Assembly: GCA_050273025.1 (NCBI GenBank) | Contig: CP158635.1 | Coordinates: 14,012,001 to 14,076,000, forward strand | DNA length: 64,000 nucleotides | DNA from: Cenococcum geophilum | Lineage: Eukaryota | Direction: 5' to 3' | Part shown: positions 11,040-23,834 of the stretch, one piece after another | How positions within the stretch are numbered: position 1 is the stretch's first letter | Layout: each line of letters starts with the position of its first letter | The notes under the pieces: model-generated | Databases searched by the model: none | What the model saw: only the letters and a program-made list of their open reading frames with translations | What the model was told of the DNA's origin: nothing | Position numbers and translations under genes: made by a program

Positions 11040-14000
11040 CTTCTTATTATACCTCTTTAGTCTTACTTATAGATAACTAAAATCGTTCTATATTAAACCT
11101 ACGTTTAAATATAAGCCCTAAAAGCTTCTTAACTCGTAAGATTGCTATATAGGTTAGCCTAGCTATCTTATCCTTTTCCTTAACATTTAAAACTACCTAG
11201 TTAAGTATTAGGCCCTAGCTTTTATATATAGTAAGAGCAAAAGCTAGAGAAATTAGAAATTAACGCTGTAAGTAAGAGCCTTTTATACCCTCCTATTTAT
11301 AAAGCATAGAAAATATAGGGATAACTTTCTTACTATCCTGCCGAGTGAATAGGGCAGGTCCGTTATACCTATTTACTATAATTAGTAGTAACTAAGGCTA
11401 ATCCTTTTTAATATCTATATATCCCTTCTATATAATATCTTCAACTATACTAGTAGTACCGTTTACTAAGCCTAGTTTAACCTAGATATTCTATATTAGT
11501 ATTACTTTTACGCTAATAAATAGGGCTAGATTATCTATAGTATCGCACTAATTAAGAGTAACTTTCCGTATACCTATACCAGTATTAACTAACTTAATAG
11601 CCACCACTAGCTGTAAAAGGTTGCGAAGCTAAGTAGTATTATACTTACCTATAGTAGCGCGTGTGCCATATAGCCAAATTGCGTTATTAAAGCCCGCAAC
11701 CTTATTAGTAGATAGGCCCTACTTATACCTAGTTAAAAGAAGCTTCTAGGTTAAATTACTTATAGAATTACTACGTAGCTTTATAAGGGCGGTCCTAAAT
11801 ATAGAGCTCTTAGCGTTATTACCGCCCTACTATATAACTTAATTTAGGATAGCAGTTCGGTTAATTACCTTATAGGCTTCTTTTCCGTAGCTAGCAAGCT
11901 CTAACGGCCTAGCGGGTAAATTGCTATATAAGGCCGCCTAATTCACAAGGGGAAGCTAATGGAAATCGCCTACTAGCAAGATATTTAAGCCTTTAAAGTG
12001 GTTATTATTACACGTAGGGTAGATCTAATGGAGGCGGCGATCAATCTAGGCCAGATATACTTACCCGATTATAGATTTCTCGTTAAGGACGAGATAGTAA
12101 ATATCCTTAAAAGCTTACTGTAGAGGCGTAAGACTAGCAGCAGGCAATTCCTTAAATAGGTAATTTACTGGCAACCTTAATAGATCGTATATAGTTCTGC
12201 CGTTAATATTAAAAGCAGCTACCCTAGTAGGGGCCGCTCGAGCCAATGGCATCGGCTTACTATTAGCCCTTACCATATCATAAAGCGTAGTAGAGAGGAC
12301 AGCAATAAAATATAATTTACCGGTTCCTACCTCTCCATCAATATTAATCCACAGTAGGGAGGGACTAAGGCCCACTTAGATCTACCTATAGTAATTAACT
12401 ATAACGTTATAAATATAACGCTGGCCTAGTTATAAGGAGGACGGAGTTACTATTTGGGATAGGCGGCTCTATAGTAGAGGCTATAGCCATACTTCCTGCC
12501 AATAAGTCCTCTTATTAAGCTGTGGGTATGTACCCCAATATATACTCTAGTCGTAGTTATAATTAAGCTCCCTATTACTAAGCCTGTCAGGATCCTTAAT
12601 TTTAACTCTGTTAGTATTTTAAACGCGGGTATGTAGGGCCTTAAAGGACTAGTATAGCTCCAAGTCGTCTACGAAATCGCCCTTAAACTCATCAATATTA
12701 TTAGTAGTTTCGCGACCTTCCTCTAGTTTCTAATTATAGAAGTAGTTAGGCGGGTACTAATAAGAGTTAATATAAGCCTAATAGAAAGCCATATAATTAG
12801 GGGCCCCAAATCCATTAGTATAAGTAGCTACTTCCTTATACTCCCTCTATGGATAATAAAGAATAAGCTTTATACGGTAGAACTTAGGATACTACAGATA
12901 AGAAGGATCGCCTTTATATCGCGGAAAGTACAATATAACTTAAGGCCTTACTCTTAGTCAACGCTTATAAGTAGAGTGATTGAAATAGAGTAGAAAATTA
13001 AGGAAAGTAATGTCCTCTACCCTATCTAAGCGGCGCTTATATTTCTTATAGTTAGACAGTCCGTACCCTCTTAGTTACCTATCCTTAAGCATATATATAG
13101 CGCTTTAATTATCCTCCTAGTAGCAGTCTAAAGTTACTACATTCCTTAAGCCTTTAGAAAGGGGAATATTAAGAAGCAGATGGTATACCTCCTACGCTAA
13201 CCAATCGCGTTTAGCAATAAGCTTATTTATAAACTTAGCTACTATTAAACTAAAGGCATAAAGACTATTGGCGTGCGACTATACTAATTAGAGTAACTCC
13301 TAGTAGGAAGTTAACTTCTTCTCCTCCTTACTGCAATATTTGCCTATATAGTTAACTATTACTAATATACTTATAGCAGGCGACGTATCAATATTTACTA
13401 TCTACGCTAGTATTATAGCTATATTATAGCTATTAAGAAGCTTATTATTACGCTATAGACAGAACGTCCAGTAATATAGATTTTAATCCTTTAATACAGC
13501 GGCCTTATCGCGGAGAGAGCGTAGAAAGTAAAAGCGGCACTCCTTTACTCCAGCGGAGCCTTTCTTCAGTCTTAAGCAGTAAGATTTAGTGCAATTATAG
13601 TGCCGTTAAAATCAATTAAGGCAGGCGGTAAGAAGCTTACTAGTATTAAGCTGTTCCTTATAGCTAAGAGTAGAAGAATATTAAAGATTAGAAGGCCTAG
13701 ATTAATTAGGATTTATTACAGATATAAAAGCAGCCTAGTGTTTAGTAAAAGCCGCCCTTAATTTACTAGTTGACGGATCTAGCCTTAGGGCTATTAAACT
13801 CTATAAAAAGCTATATATATAGCCGCTACCTTACACCTACTACTTATATCGGGACTAAAAGTTAGTGCTATTAAACAGACCTATAAGCACATGCTTCCTA
13901 AATAGATTAAAGCGGCAATGTAGCTAGTAAGCAGTAATATACGGATTATTATTAAGATTCCGAGAAGCAATCCGGTAGCGTTAAGCCTTATTAGCAGCCT

Positions 14001-17000
14001 TATATTTGTTAAATAGAGGTATATAAGAGTATAGATTATACTAATATAGATTAGCCGCGCTAAGTGTAAAGAATAGAGACCCGCTTTTAATATTTTTAGT
14101 ATAAGCCGTAAGCTTATTTCTCTTCTACTTCTAGTAGGGCCTAGTGCCTTTAAGCTTCTATGCATACCGTACAATCTTATTTAAAACCTAACTACCCCTA
14201 CTACCATTTATAAGATTACTGTCACGGCACCGTTACAGACCCTAGTTAGGGGCTTGCTTGGAAACTTGGCGCCTATATATAGACGGGTCCTTTCCTTAAC
14301 CTTCTCTGCTCCTTAGCTTAGTATCTTCGTAATACAGCATTCTATAAGCTTTGGTTCAGAGGCATTTATACGAGCCGTAACATTATACTAAGCTCACCCA
14401 CCTAGGGGGGACTTCATTCGTTTTAAAGCTCCCTCTTTACCTCGCCTAGGAAGGCCTAGATAATCTCCCACCCCTATCCTACATATTCTTGCGGAGAATA
14501 CGCGTTAAACACCCCTAGCTGCGCGTCGTTAACGCGTTAAGTCGCTATCATTGAACTAAGAGCCGGTATTTAAGTAGCTAAAAGGTCTTCTATGGATAAG
14601 GACAACTGCTTAAAAAGGCAATAATATCTTACCCCTAACCTTTTTGACTAATACGGAGTTGTACAAGTTATAGAGACGACCTCGGTTGAGACTCAGCCTA
14701 GTACTGCGGAGAATAACATAGTAATCCTGTTACTAAGCCTAGCATTAATCCCATAGTGTTAGTTAAGACAAGCCGAGATATAACCCGCGCCGTGCTATTA
14801 GGCGGTAGGTGTATATTATCCGCGAAGTCCTCTGGTATGTATTAGGTTTAGGCCGATGGCTAAAATAAGCTAACTTATAACCCGCGCCGTGCCATTAGGC
14901 GGTAGGTGTATATTGTCTGCGAAGTCCTCTAGAACGAATCCTACCTATTGTCTGGCTACTATGCTGCGATAACCACCCTAATTAATACTAAGCTGTATAA
15001 GGAGAAACGAAATCGATTAGGAAGGACCTAACGCTTACACCGTACTACTACCCTAACCCTAAACCGACCATACGATCGCGCTAATATGCCTATAATCGAA
15101 CCAGATAACCTGTCACGCTAATATACCTACAATATAACTCTCTAACCTATCTATAAACGCCTTATAGACACCCGTTAAGTTTTTATTAATTACTACTATA
15201 CCTAATTAACCCGAACCTTACTATTAACCTAGATAGTCCCTTAATCTTACGGCCGAATACATCTATAAGTATTATAATTCTATGTATAGGGGTACTAGGA
15301 ATCTGGGGAGAAATTTAAGTGATTTATAGCACTCTTAATTAGGAGAATAGATTAGGAGAATCATTCTGATTTATGGTACTCTTTAATAGCTCTACAGATA
15401 AGCCTATTTATATCTACAACCTTTTATAAACTATTAACGCATTTCTCTTAATAGCTATTTATACAACCTTCCATAAACGAGACAGCCTACCATTACAAAA
15501 GCATGTCTTGCCAGTCGTTAACAAGAATCGAAATATCAACACGTACCTTCTTGATACCTCTTTTAATACCTCTCTGAAAACGACCGTATAAGTTCGTCAA
15601 CGATTAACTGCCTCCCTTACTAATTTAATCGTCTTCTTCTCCACCTACGGTAATCCTTTTCAACTAACACTAAGCTACGCATACTGAGGAACGACCATGG
15701 TTGATACTGAGTTATACAAGCTTTGATAACGGAATTGATTTAGACAAACTAGATACCAATCGTGCCGTTACACCTGCAATCTGAATGCAATTCGGACACA
15801 ATTCGACTGCAAACCAATCAACTAATCGTGCTAATATACCTACGATCTTAATTACCGTCGCGCCGATACGCCTGCGATACGCCTGCAATTTGAATGCGGC
15901 CCAAACGTGCTTCAAATACAAACCGACCAACCAATCGTGCCGTTATGCCTATGATCCACCAACCAAACAATCGCGCCGATACGCCTGCGATCACGAACCA
16001 CGAACTAGACAATGATAGCGCCGATATGCCTGCTATTACAATAGACCCCTACTGCTCTGCCTGCAGCTAACCAACTTCTACTGCCCTGCTTGCAGTAACA
16101 ACCGTATATAAGGAGGACCTTTGCCCCTTATACGACCCTACCGCTTGCACCATACTACTACCCCCAAATAAACAACGGCTGTGCTGATACGCCTACAGTC
16201 TAATTGACCAAATAATCGTGCCAATACGCCTGCGATTAATTGACCAACGATAGCGCCAATACGCCTACTATCTACCATCTGACGCTAGCACCGTACTGCC
16301 ACTGGACCTCTGCTGCCTCGCCTGCAGCACTATAATCGACTTCTGCTACTCTACCTGCAGCACTATAAACAACTTCTACTGCTTCGCCTGTAGTATCAAC
16401 TATATACTAGGTAGAGCTTTGCTCCCTAGAAAATGACCTATTACTAGCACCGTACTGCTACTAAATAGATAAGAACTCGTGCCGATATACATGCGAGTAA
16501 CTCCCTAACCCTCCCACCCTTATTAAACCTTTACGTCAACTTTTTTTAAGAGGGGGACTAGGGGGGCTTTTTTATAACTAGGGGGGCTTTTTTTTATAGC
16601 TTGGGGCGCGCTATAATAAAAGGGGGGATAGTAGAGCTAGGAGGTACTAGAGTTCTAGAGGAGGAACAACGACTAACAGAGGGCTCCTAGCGATATACCT
16701 CTCGCAGCAGCAGGAGCTGCAGGACGGCTACCTGCCCTACGTTAACTGGGTATAGCAATATACCCCTCACAGGAGCTATAGGACGGCTGCCTGCCTACGT
16801 CAACTGGGTATAGCAATATACCCCTTATAGGAGCTATAGGACAGCTGCCTGCCCTACGTCAACTAGGTATAGTGATATACCCTTATAGTAGCAGGAGCTG
16901 CAGGACTACTGTAAGTCCTAGGTTAACCAGCATCGCGATTAAGCGCCTAGATGCCAAATTTCTTTTTTTTTCTTTCTCTTTCTTTTTTAATAAGGGGCTT

Positions 17001-18800
17001 ATATAAAGCCTAAGGGCAGGCTTTCTTAAAGGAGGGGATAATGTTACGGTACCGTTACAGACCCTAGTTAGGGGCTCGCTTAGAGACTTGGCGCCTATAT
17101 ATAAACGGGTCCTTTCCTTAACCTTTTCTGCTTCTTAGTTTAGTATCTTTATAATATAGCATTCTATAAGCTTTAGTTTAGAGGCATTTATACAAGCCGT
17201 AATATTTACTAAGCTTATTTAAAGATAGACTATTCTTATTTAATCGGCTGTAAAGGAAGCAGGTGGCATTAAGGGCTTACTCTTTTATAATCTAATTAAA
17301 TACATAGTAGCGAAATAAGGGGTGGTGGCTAAACCGACCGTCCTGATACTTAAGTATATGCTTAGCGTACGCAGCCAGGGTAATTATACGGCTTTGTGGT
17401 ATATTAAAGTCGGCTTTACTATAAGGAAATAGAGTAGGAAAGGCGCCGCGTATAATAAAACTAGCTAATCGCTCGGAAAGAGGTGTTTACCACATAGTAG
17501 GAACCTTTAGGCCCGTTTATAGGTCTTATTAGTATTAAACCTTACACCCTAAAAGTTCTAATTTATTAAGGTTAGGTATTAGATTAGGAACTAAAGTATC
17601 CAGTACGTCGTTATTAAATTCGCTGTCTAGTATATTACTGCTAAGCTTAGTAGGCAGAGGATTAATAATAAGAGGACGTTGTATAGGAGCAGTAGGGTAA
17701 GCTGTTAGGCCACTAGAATTAGACTCTAACTTATTAATATAAGGTAGCTAATCTAATATAGAGCTATTTTTAGGTAAGCTAGTAAGCCGGGTGCTATATA
17801 TTTTAATATTATAATAATTAGGATGATTAACCTTTAGAAAGTAAAGCTATTATACTATAGTAGAGCGCCTTACAGTATACCACTTGGTAAACCGCCGACT
17901 TAAGTATTTGCTACCCTCTATTACTATAGGCCTTACGACCAGTATATTAAGTTTAGTAGGTAGCCGTGGTAGCTGCCTCTAAGTCTTTAGTGTGTTCTAG
18001 CCAAAGTAGCAGACGTAGCCAGTATAGCGATGTTACTAGCCGCGTATACGCACGACTTGCAGATAAACGTATACGCGCGCAATTAGAAGCCCCTCTACCG
18101 CGGTAAGTATAGGTAGGAAGCTAGGAATAGGCCCTAGATTGAGCCCGTTGCTTTTACCAAATAGGGAAAAAAGGGTTAGATATTTAAGGCTATTAGCGTC
18201 CTTAATATAGGCTTTATATATACCTATATTATCACCCTCCGTAGCTAGGCCCATTTAGAACCACTACTCCTTGCATCAACTACACGTCTCTATACATTTA
18301 GCCTGTAGTATACTCCTAAACTTCTTAATTCGCTCCTAATTAATAGCCGAAACGGGTAGTAGTATGGCCGTAGTTGGAGCTTACCGCGAGGGAGCTTGCC
18401 GTGAGGGAGCTTGCCGCGAGGGAGCTTGCCGCAAGGAAGGTGGTATTAGTAGTAGGGTAGGTATTGGCGGTAGAGCAGGCATAGGAGCTAGTTCCGGCAA
18501 GGACGCATTTAGGCTATCTGGAGTGCCTCTTTTACTATATAGAGCTTTATCTATAGTATATAGCGGAGGAGTAGGCGAGTAAGCTTCACCCCGTCAATTA
18601 AGAATGCGGTGCTCCCGTTATATTGCCCTAGTTATCTTCCGCCGTTAAGCCATTTCAGGGGTATCTTAACTGTTCTGGCCGCGAGGCAGGAAGGCGTTCT
18701 CGGTATCGTTTTTAGGTAGAGCAGTTCGCTGGCGCCTTGCAGGATAATTCCTAGTAGTAGAACCTAACTCTACAAGAGCTCTCCGCTTATTTAAATTATA
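11040..18800 (-). pseudogene. RepHel transposase (Zn finger/DUF6570-like N-terminus, HUH Rep, PIF1 helicase), split by the 14220-17204 insertion
   Basis: Minus frame: CSRCKE and LPILTAVEGLLIARV..RG (18290-18030), RGAFPTLFPY.KADFN (~17430), Rep motif 1 LFFTLSAA(D) (~14060), motif 2 de-RIPped RYEWQVRGSGHxH (~13830), motif 3 YIGKYCSK (~13340), Walker A DGExGTGK (~12330), APT..AAFNINGRT, GDFxQLP, AFALT.HK.QG, Y.AI.RV. Confidence 0.9.
14220..17204 (+). mobile_element. Non-autonomous LTR retroelement (163-bp LTRs at 14220-14382 and 17042-17204; 2.66-kb repeat-rich interior, no recognisable pol)
   Basis: Two colinear TG...ACA LTRs; PPT AAAGGAGGGGATAA before the 3' LTR; flanks ATTAC and TTTAC (4/5 TSD match); interrupts the RepHel frame. 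Confidence 0.85.
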
Positions 18801-19204
18801 TTTAGAGGCCTAGAAAAGTAAGTAAAAGTAGAAGTAATATATAGGGAAGACGCGCCTTTAACCGACATAACTGGCACAGCTTTAAAATCTTATTTGAAGG
18901 GCCGTCTTTGACAAAGTTAAGGCGGGGCTTATGGATATGGCACTTGCTGCACTCAATTACAGTAGGATCTGCCATATTTATAATATATATTGTGGTATTA
19001 ATAAAGGTGTCAATAAAAAGGAAGGCGATATTTTGATGTTCATAATATTTTAATGTTCGTCACGTGGATTCTACCATAACTTACCGCGCGCAAGTTTTTT
19101 TTCTAACCAATCAAAGGCTGGCTTGGCGAGGGTTTGAAAATTTGGACACCCATACACCTGAAAGTAATAGACCACTCGTACCTCGGGTCAATCATCGCTA
19201 GAAC

Positions 19205-20584
19205 TTATCTCAGTAAGCGACTCAGGCGGCAAACGAGATAAATCTCGCTAGTACTTAACTAGTATAGCTTTATATACAACCCCTACTAGCTTTATTAAAC
19301 CCCTGCTAGCGTTATATAACCCCTGTACTTGGAAGCGCTGTCTCGTTTGCCGTCTGAGGGCCTTTGGTGCGAAAGTGTAAGAGGGTCGACTCGTTAACCG
19401 AACGCGACACTGCTAAAGAGTAATATATCTCCACTAGTTAACTAGTTAACTACTATAAAAGGTAATCGATTATATTCTAAGGGCCGCTTTATTTATCTAT
19501 GTACTTATTTATACATTTTAGCCAATATAAAGTTCTAAAATTACAGGTCGAAATTTCTCGACGCGATATTTTGCGACGACTCGCGAATCCCCTCCCGATG
19601 CCCCACGACCCCCCCAGCCTCTTCAACCCCCCACCCCCCCAAGAGCTTCGATAGAGCTTCGAGCTAAGCTTCAAGCAGAGCTTCAATAGAGCTTCGATAG
19701 AGTTTCTAGCAGAGCTTCGAGCAGAGCTTCGATAGAGCTTCGAGCAGAGCTTCGGATAGGGCTTCGAGCAGAGCTTCGGATAGAGCTTCGAGCAGAGCTT
19801 CGATAAAGCTTCGAGCAGAGCTTCGATAAAGCTTCGAGCAGAGCTTCGAGCAGAGCCTCGAGCAGAGCTTTGAGCAGAGCTTCAAGCAGAGTCTCGAGCA
19901 GAGCCTCGAGCAGAGCCTCGAGCAGAGCTTCGAGCAGAGTCTCGAGCAGAGTCTCGAGCAGAGTCTCGAGCAGAGTCTCAGCAGTCTCGAGCAGAGCTTT
20001 GAGTAGAGCTTCGATAGAGCTTCGAGTAGAGCTTCGATAGAGCTTCGAGCAGAGCCTCAATAGAGCTCGAGCAGAGCCTTGTGTAGGGCTTTGAGTAGAG
20101 CTTTGTGCAAGCGTTTATGCAGACGTTCGTGCAGACGTTTATGGAGACGATGGAGACGTTCGTGTAGACGTTTATAGAGACGATTATAAGCTTCCTAGTA
20201 TATTAGTGCTGGGGACGCGTCGGTGTCTACCCAAATACTAGAAGCGCGTAACTCGTAAGGAAGTGGTGTTCCCATCGTAAAAAAGTAATCGATTGTAAAG
20301 GAGACTAGTCTAACTCGACTCGTTAGCTTATTAGGTTAAATAGGTGTTGTTAGGGTGTTAAATATACGGGAGAGAGTGTCTCCCATACAAAATCGCGAAA
20401 ATTGAAGTTAAGCGCCATAGAGTTCAGCACTAAACGCCCTCAGACGGCAGGGCAAACTAAAGGTCGGTAGATAGCTGATTGGTTAAAAAAAGTGGCGTTT
20501 TTTAGGACGAAGACTAGTGATACTTTAGTACTAGTGAGTGCGCCTTTAGTTTGCCCTTGCCGTCTGAGTCGCTTACTGAGATAA
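19205..20584. mobile_element. Non-autonomous TIR DNA transposon (1380 bp) with 8-bp TSD
   Basis: 28-bp TIR TTATCTCAGTAAGCGACTCAGRCGGCAA (1 mismatch); perfect TSD GCTAGAAC at 19197-19204 and 20585-20592. Confidence 0.88.
19642..20110. repeat. 12-bp minisatellite, consensus GAGCAGAGCTTC, inside the TIR element
   Basis: Directly visible tandem array. Confidence 0.93.
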
Positions 20585-20751
20585 GCTAGAACGCCTGTTA
20601 ATACTATAGCCAATATATAAGGCTTTATAGTTAACGTTTCTTAGATCACGTAATAGTGAGAATGGGTCAAAATTATTGTAAAGGAAGGTAGAATTGATCG
20701 ACCTAGTCATGTCGGGGCTCCACAAGTACCCCCCCTTCAAAACGGTAGGTA

Positions 20752-21041
20752 CTGGTGGAATTCACCCAGGTGGACTGCCTAGGTGGCTTAAATTGCTAAC
20801 AAAACTCGCTGCTATACTACATTTGGGAGCCCAGTCGCGGTTAACGCGAACGCCTCCACTTGGCCAGGTCAGACCTCTTTTTTAGCTGCTAAGACGACCA
20901 ATCTGCCCAAAATCCACCTGGGGCGTCGAACGGACACCATCTACCAGGTGGATATCGTATCGGTGGCCCGTTCGCGACCAGGTCGGCCCAGGTGGACCCA
21001 GGTGGCTTTTTTAGAGCGCCCACCTGGTGGAGTCCACCTGG
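20752..21041. promoter_or_regulatory. Cluster of CCAGGTGG/CCACCTGG motifs upstream of the monooxygenase (TF sites or transposon subterminal repeats)
   Basis: Exact 8-mers at 20766, 20914(rc), 20944, 20988, 20998, 21020(rc) and 21034(rc), plus several 1-mismatch copies. Confidence 0.4.
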
Positions 21042-21247
21042 CCAAAAAAAGTTATCGAACGTATCCTGAACCCGGAATCCAAGGCGGGTCTGGAATCGTG
21101 CATCAACAGTGCCATTATCGGAATAAAACGATCGGTATATGCTGATGCAGTGACCCTATATGTTTCCACTGCCCTCCGCTTCGTGCATGAAGTTCGCTGT
21201 CTCCGCTAGCCTTTGAGCGTTGCATAATTCACATCACCCAATTTAAC

Positions 21248-23834
21248 ATGACCAGTGCGGAAATGAACCGCGATCAAGCTGCTGTGAGAAACAGCCAAAC
21301 CAATGGTACAAGCAGTGCCGCAGCTTGTGATGTCCCACTCTATATCACCATAGTTGGTGCAGGTATTGGTGGATTAACGGCCGCCATATTCTTACGCCGC
21401 CAAGGACACAGGGTCACTGTGCGTCGTTCATGAGAGCCTACGAGAGTCTGGATATCCGTTCTGACTTTCCAGCAGGTCTTGGAGCAATCTCGGCTTGCGA
21501 ATGAACTCGGTGCTGCGGTTCATTTGGCACCTAACTCAAATGGTCTCCTGAGACGTATTGGCCTCTATGCTGAGGATTATGGGGCCAACCCGATGCAAAG
21601 GGTAAGCTAAAAGCAATCGACGTACAGCAAACCCACTAAAAATTTTCGATAGCTCACGGAGTATGATTCTATCGGCAAGCAAACCAGGGCGGTCGATCTC
21701 GATGAACCAAATAAAATCTGGCAGCATGTATGCAACCGTACATACTCCTTTGGACTCCCTGTTCTGATGTTTAACCTAGCCATGGCTCCTGTCCCATAGA
21801 GTTAGCCTTCATGAAGCCTTGAAGCAAATCGCAACCTCTAGCTCTGGTCAGGGTCCTCCCGTGGAACTAAAAACGTCCTGCAGAGTCGTTGACGTCGACC
21901 CATGTACTGCGATAACAACTCTAGATGACGGCAGGGTATTCCAGGGCGACTTCGTAATCGGAGCAGATGGAGTACATGTACGTTAAGTCCAGCCTGGCAC
22001 CTCTTGCAGAAAGCCTAAATCATGCGTAGTCCAAAACCAGGTCAAAGGTGTCAGGAGGCGGTCTGAAAACGAAGAGCTCGGGAAAGAGCGCCTTTAGGTT
22101 TCTAATCCCACGGAAGGTGGCCTTGGATGACCCTGTTACTCGGAAATTTGCTAAAAGACACGGCGAACTGATCATGTGGTATGGGAAAGATCGAAGAGTG
22201 GTCATGTATCCTTGTCAGCATAATGAGCTCCTCAATTTTGTTTGCATTCACCCTACAGGAGAATCAGAGCCAGTCAGCACTGAGAAGGGCTGGAATAAGG
22301 AAGGCCACAAAAGCACACTTCTTGATGTTTACAAGACATTCGACCCTGCTTTGCTAGCACTTCTAGCTAAAGCGGACTCAGAGACATTGAAAGTATGGGA
22401 GCTTCTCGATATGGACACTCTTCCAACGTGGGTTCACGACCGGCTCGCTTTGATGGGAGATGCTGCCCATCCCTTCACTCCCCGTATGTGTCACTATTAC
22501 TCCCAATCAAGCGTTCCATTTGTACTTACGTGTCCCTAAGACCAAGGACAAGGTGCTGGTCAAGCCATCGAAGATGCGGCGTCTTTGTCTGTGGTTCTAC
22601 CTGCTGGGACGCAGGTGAGTGAGATATCAGAACGCCTGTGCTTATATGAAAGCTTCAGATACAAGCGTGCACATCAAATCCAGGAGTATTCTCGCATTGC
22701 AGGTCGAGATCTGGGCGAGGTCGGGCTGGATAGTGAGTTCCCCTGACTTTCCTGTCTTTTTACACTATAGCCCTGACTAGCTATAGTAATGGAGTACACC
22801 AATTATAACTTTGGGCACGATGAATGGGTAAGCCGCATTCTATGTCCCTTGACAGCCGCAACTAGAACAGCCGCCTGCTATACGTGGATAACAAATAATT
22901 CCGTGCATATTTCTAACCCTCAGAGTAGGATCACTCCATGAACTTGTTTCGGCGATGGGACTGGTCAAGGAAACCTCATCTGTATTGGCGTATGCCAATC
23001 TCTTTTGGACCTATGCCAGGTCCTCGGCAACGATTTAACGGTCAACCTCGTGAAGCCCTTCACTCGACATTTACATCAGCTTCTTTCAAGTTCAAGACGT
23101 CTCGAACCTTACTACAGAACTTGTTTCCTTCTCCGTCATTCAGCTTCAAATCCCCGGGAACAGTCGCATATGCAAGCTTCTCTCAAACCACATTGAACAA
23201 GATGGAGTGGCTAGGCGGAGCTGGCTACAGACATTTTGGACTCTATATTCATGGAGTTCAATATACTAAAAATAATGGTGAGATTCTGAACGGATCTTTC
23301 CTGCCAATCCTTTTTGAGAGTTTAACCGATCCTATTGTGAGTGGGAGGGAGGAGCTGGGTATGCCCAAGCTCTACTGCAGCTTGGATATTCACCGACGGA
23401 CCACGTCGTATCGGGTACAAGCAGGATGGCAAGGGGCGACCTTCGCTAATTTTACCTTGGAAAATCTGGAAACAGTCGACGCACAAGACGAGAGTGGAAC
23501 AATTGGTGGCGAATCAGATGATGGAATATTTGCCTATAAATATATTCCACGCGTTGGACGTATTGGAAGCGCAGACAGAGGGCAAGCAGATGTCGAGCAT
23601 GCTACTTTTGTGCCCCACGCCGAGGATGCAAAGATTGTCCCTTCCACAGTAAAGCACATGCAGAAAGCTAGTAAAGCTAGCATAATGTTTGATCCAATGG
23701 ACTGGGAGGCATTACCAACCTTACACCATGTTGTATCTCGGCTCGCTGAGATACCCATTTACGAGGTGATTGGCGGCAAAGTAGTAGAAGGAGAGGGTGT
23801 CCCTGATGTGTCGGCAGCAAGGCGGATTGATTAA
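21248..23834 (+). CDS. FAD-dependent monooxygenase (salicylate-hydroxylase-like) fused to a C-terminal acetoacetate-decarboxylase-like domain; ~720 aa, 8 exons
   Basis: Exons 21248-21418, 21476-21601, 21653-21727, 21780-21977, 22030-22483, 22541-22732, 22787-22827 and 22929-23834, all GT-AG, summing to 2163 nt in frame. Motifs IVGAGIGGL, GADGVHS, GDAAHPFTPHQGQGAGQAIED; C-terminal PIVSGREELGMPK matches the ADC-family GRExxGxPK. Confidence 0.93.

Larger units (their letters stand above)
10650..19196 (-). mobile_element. Helitron (Helentron/HLE2-type), RIP-inactivated, interrupted by an LTR element; termini not resolved
   Basis: Contains the RepHel pseudogene listed next; boundaries are approximate. 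Confidence 0.8.
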
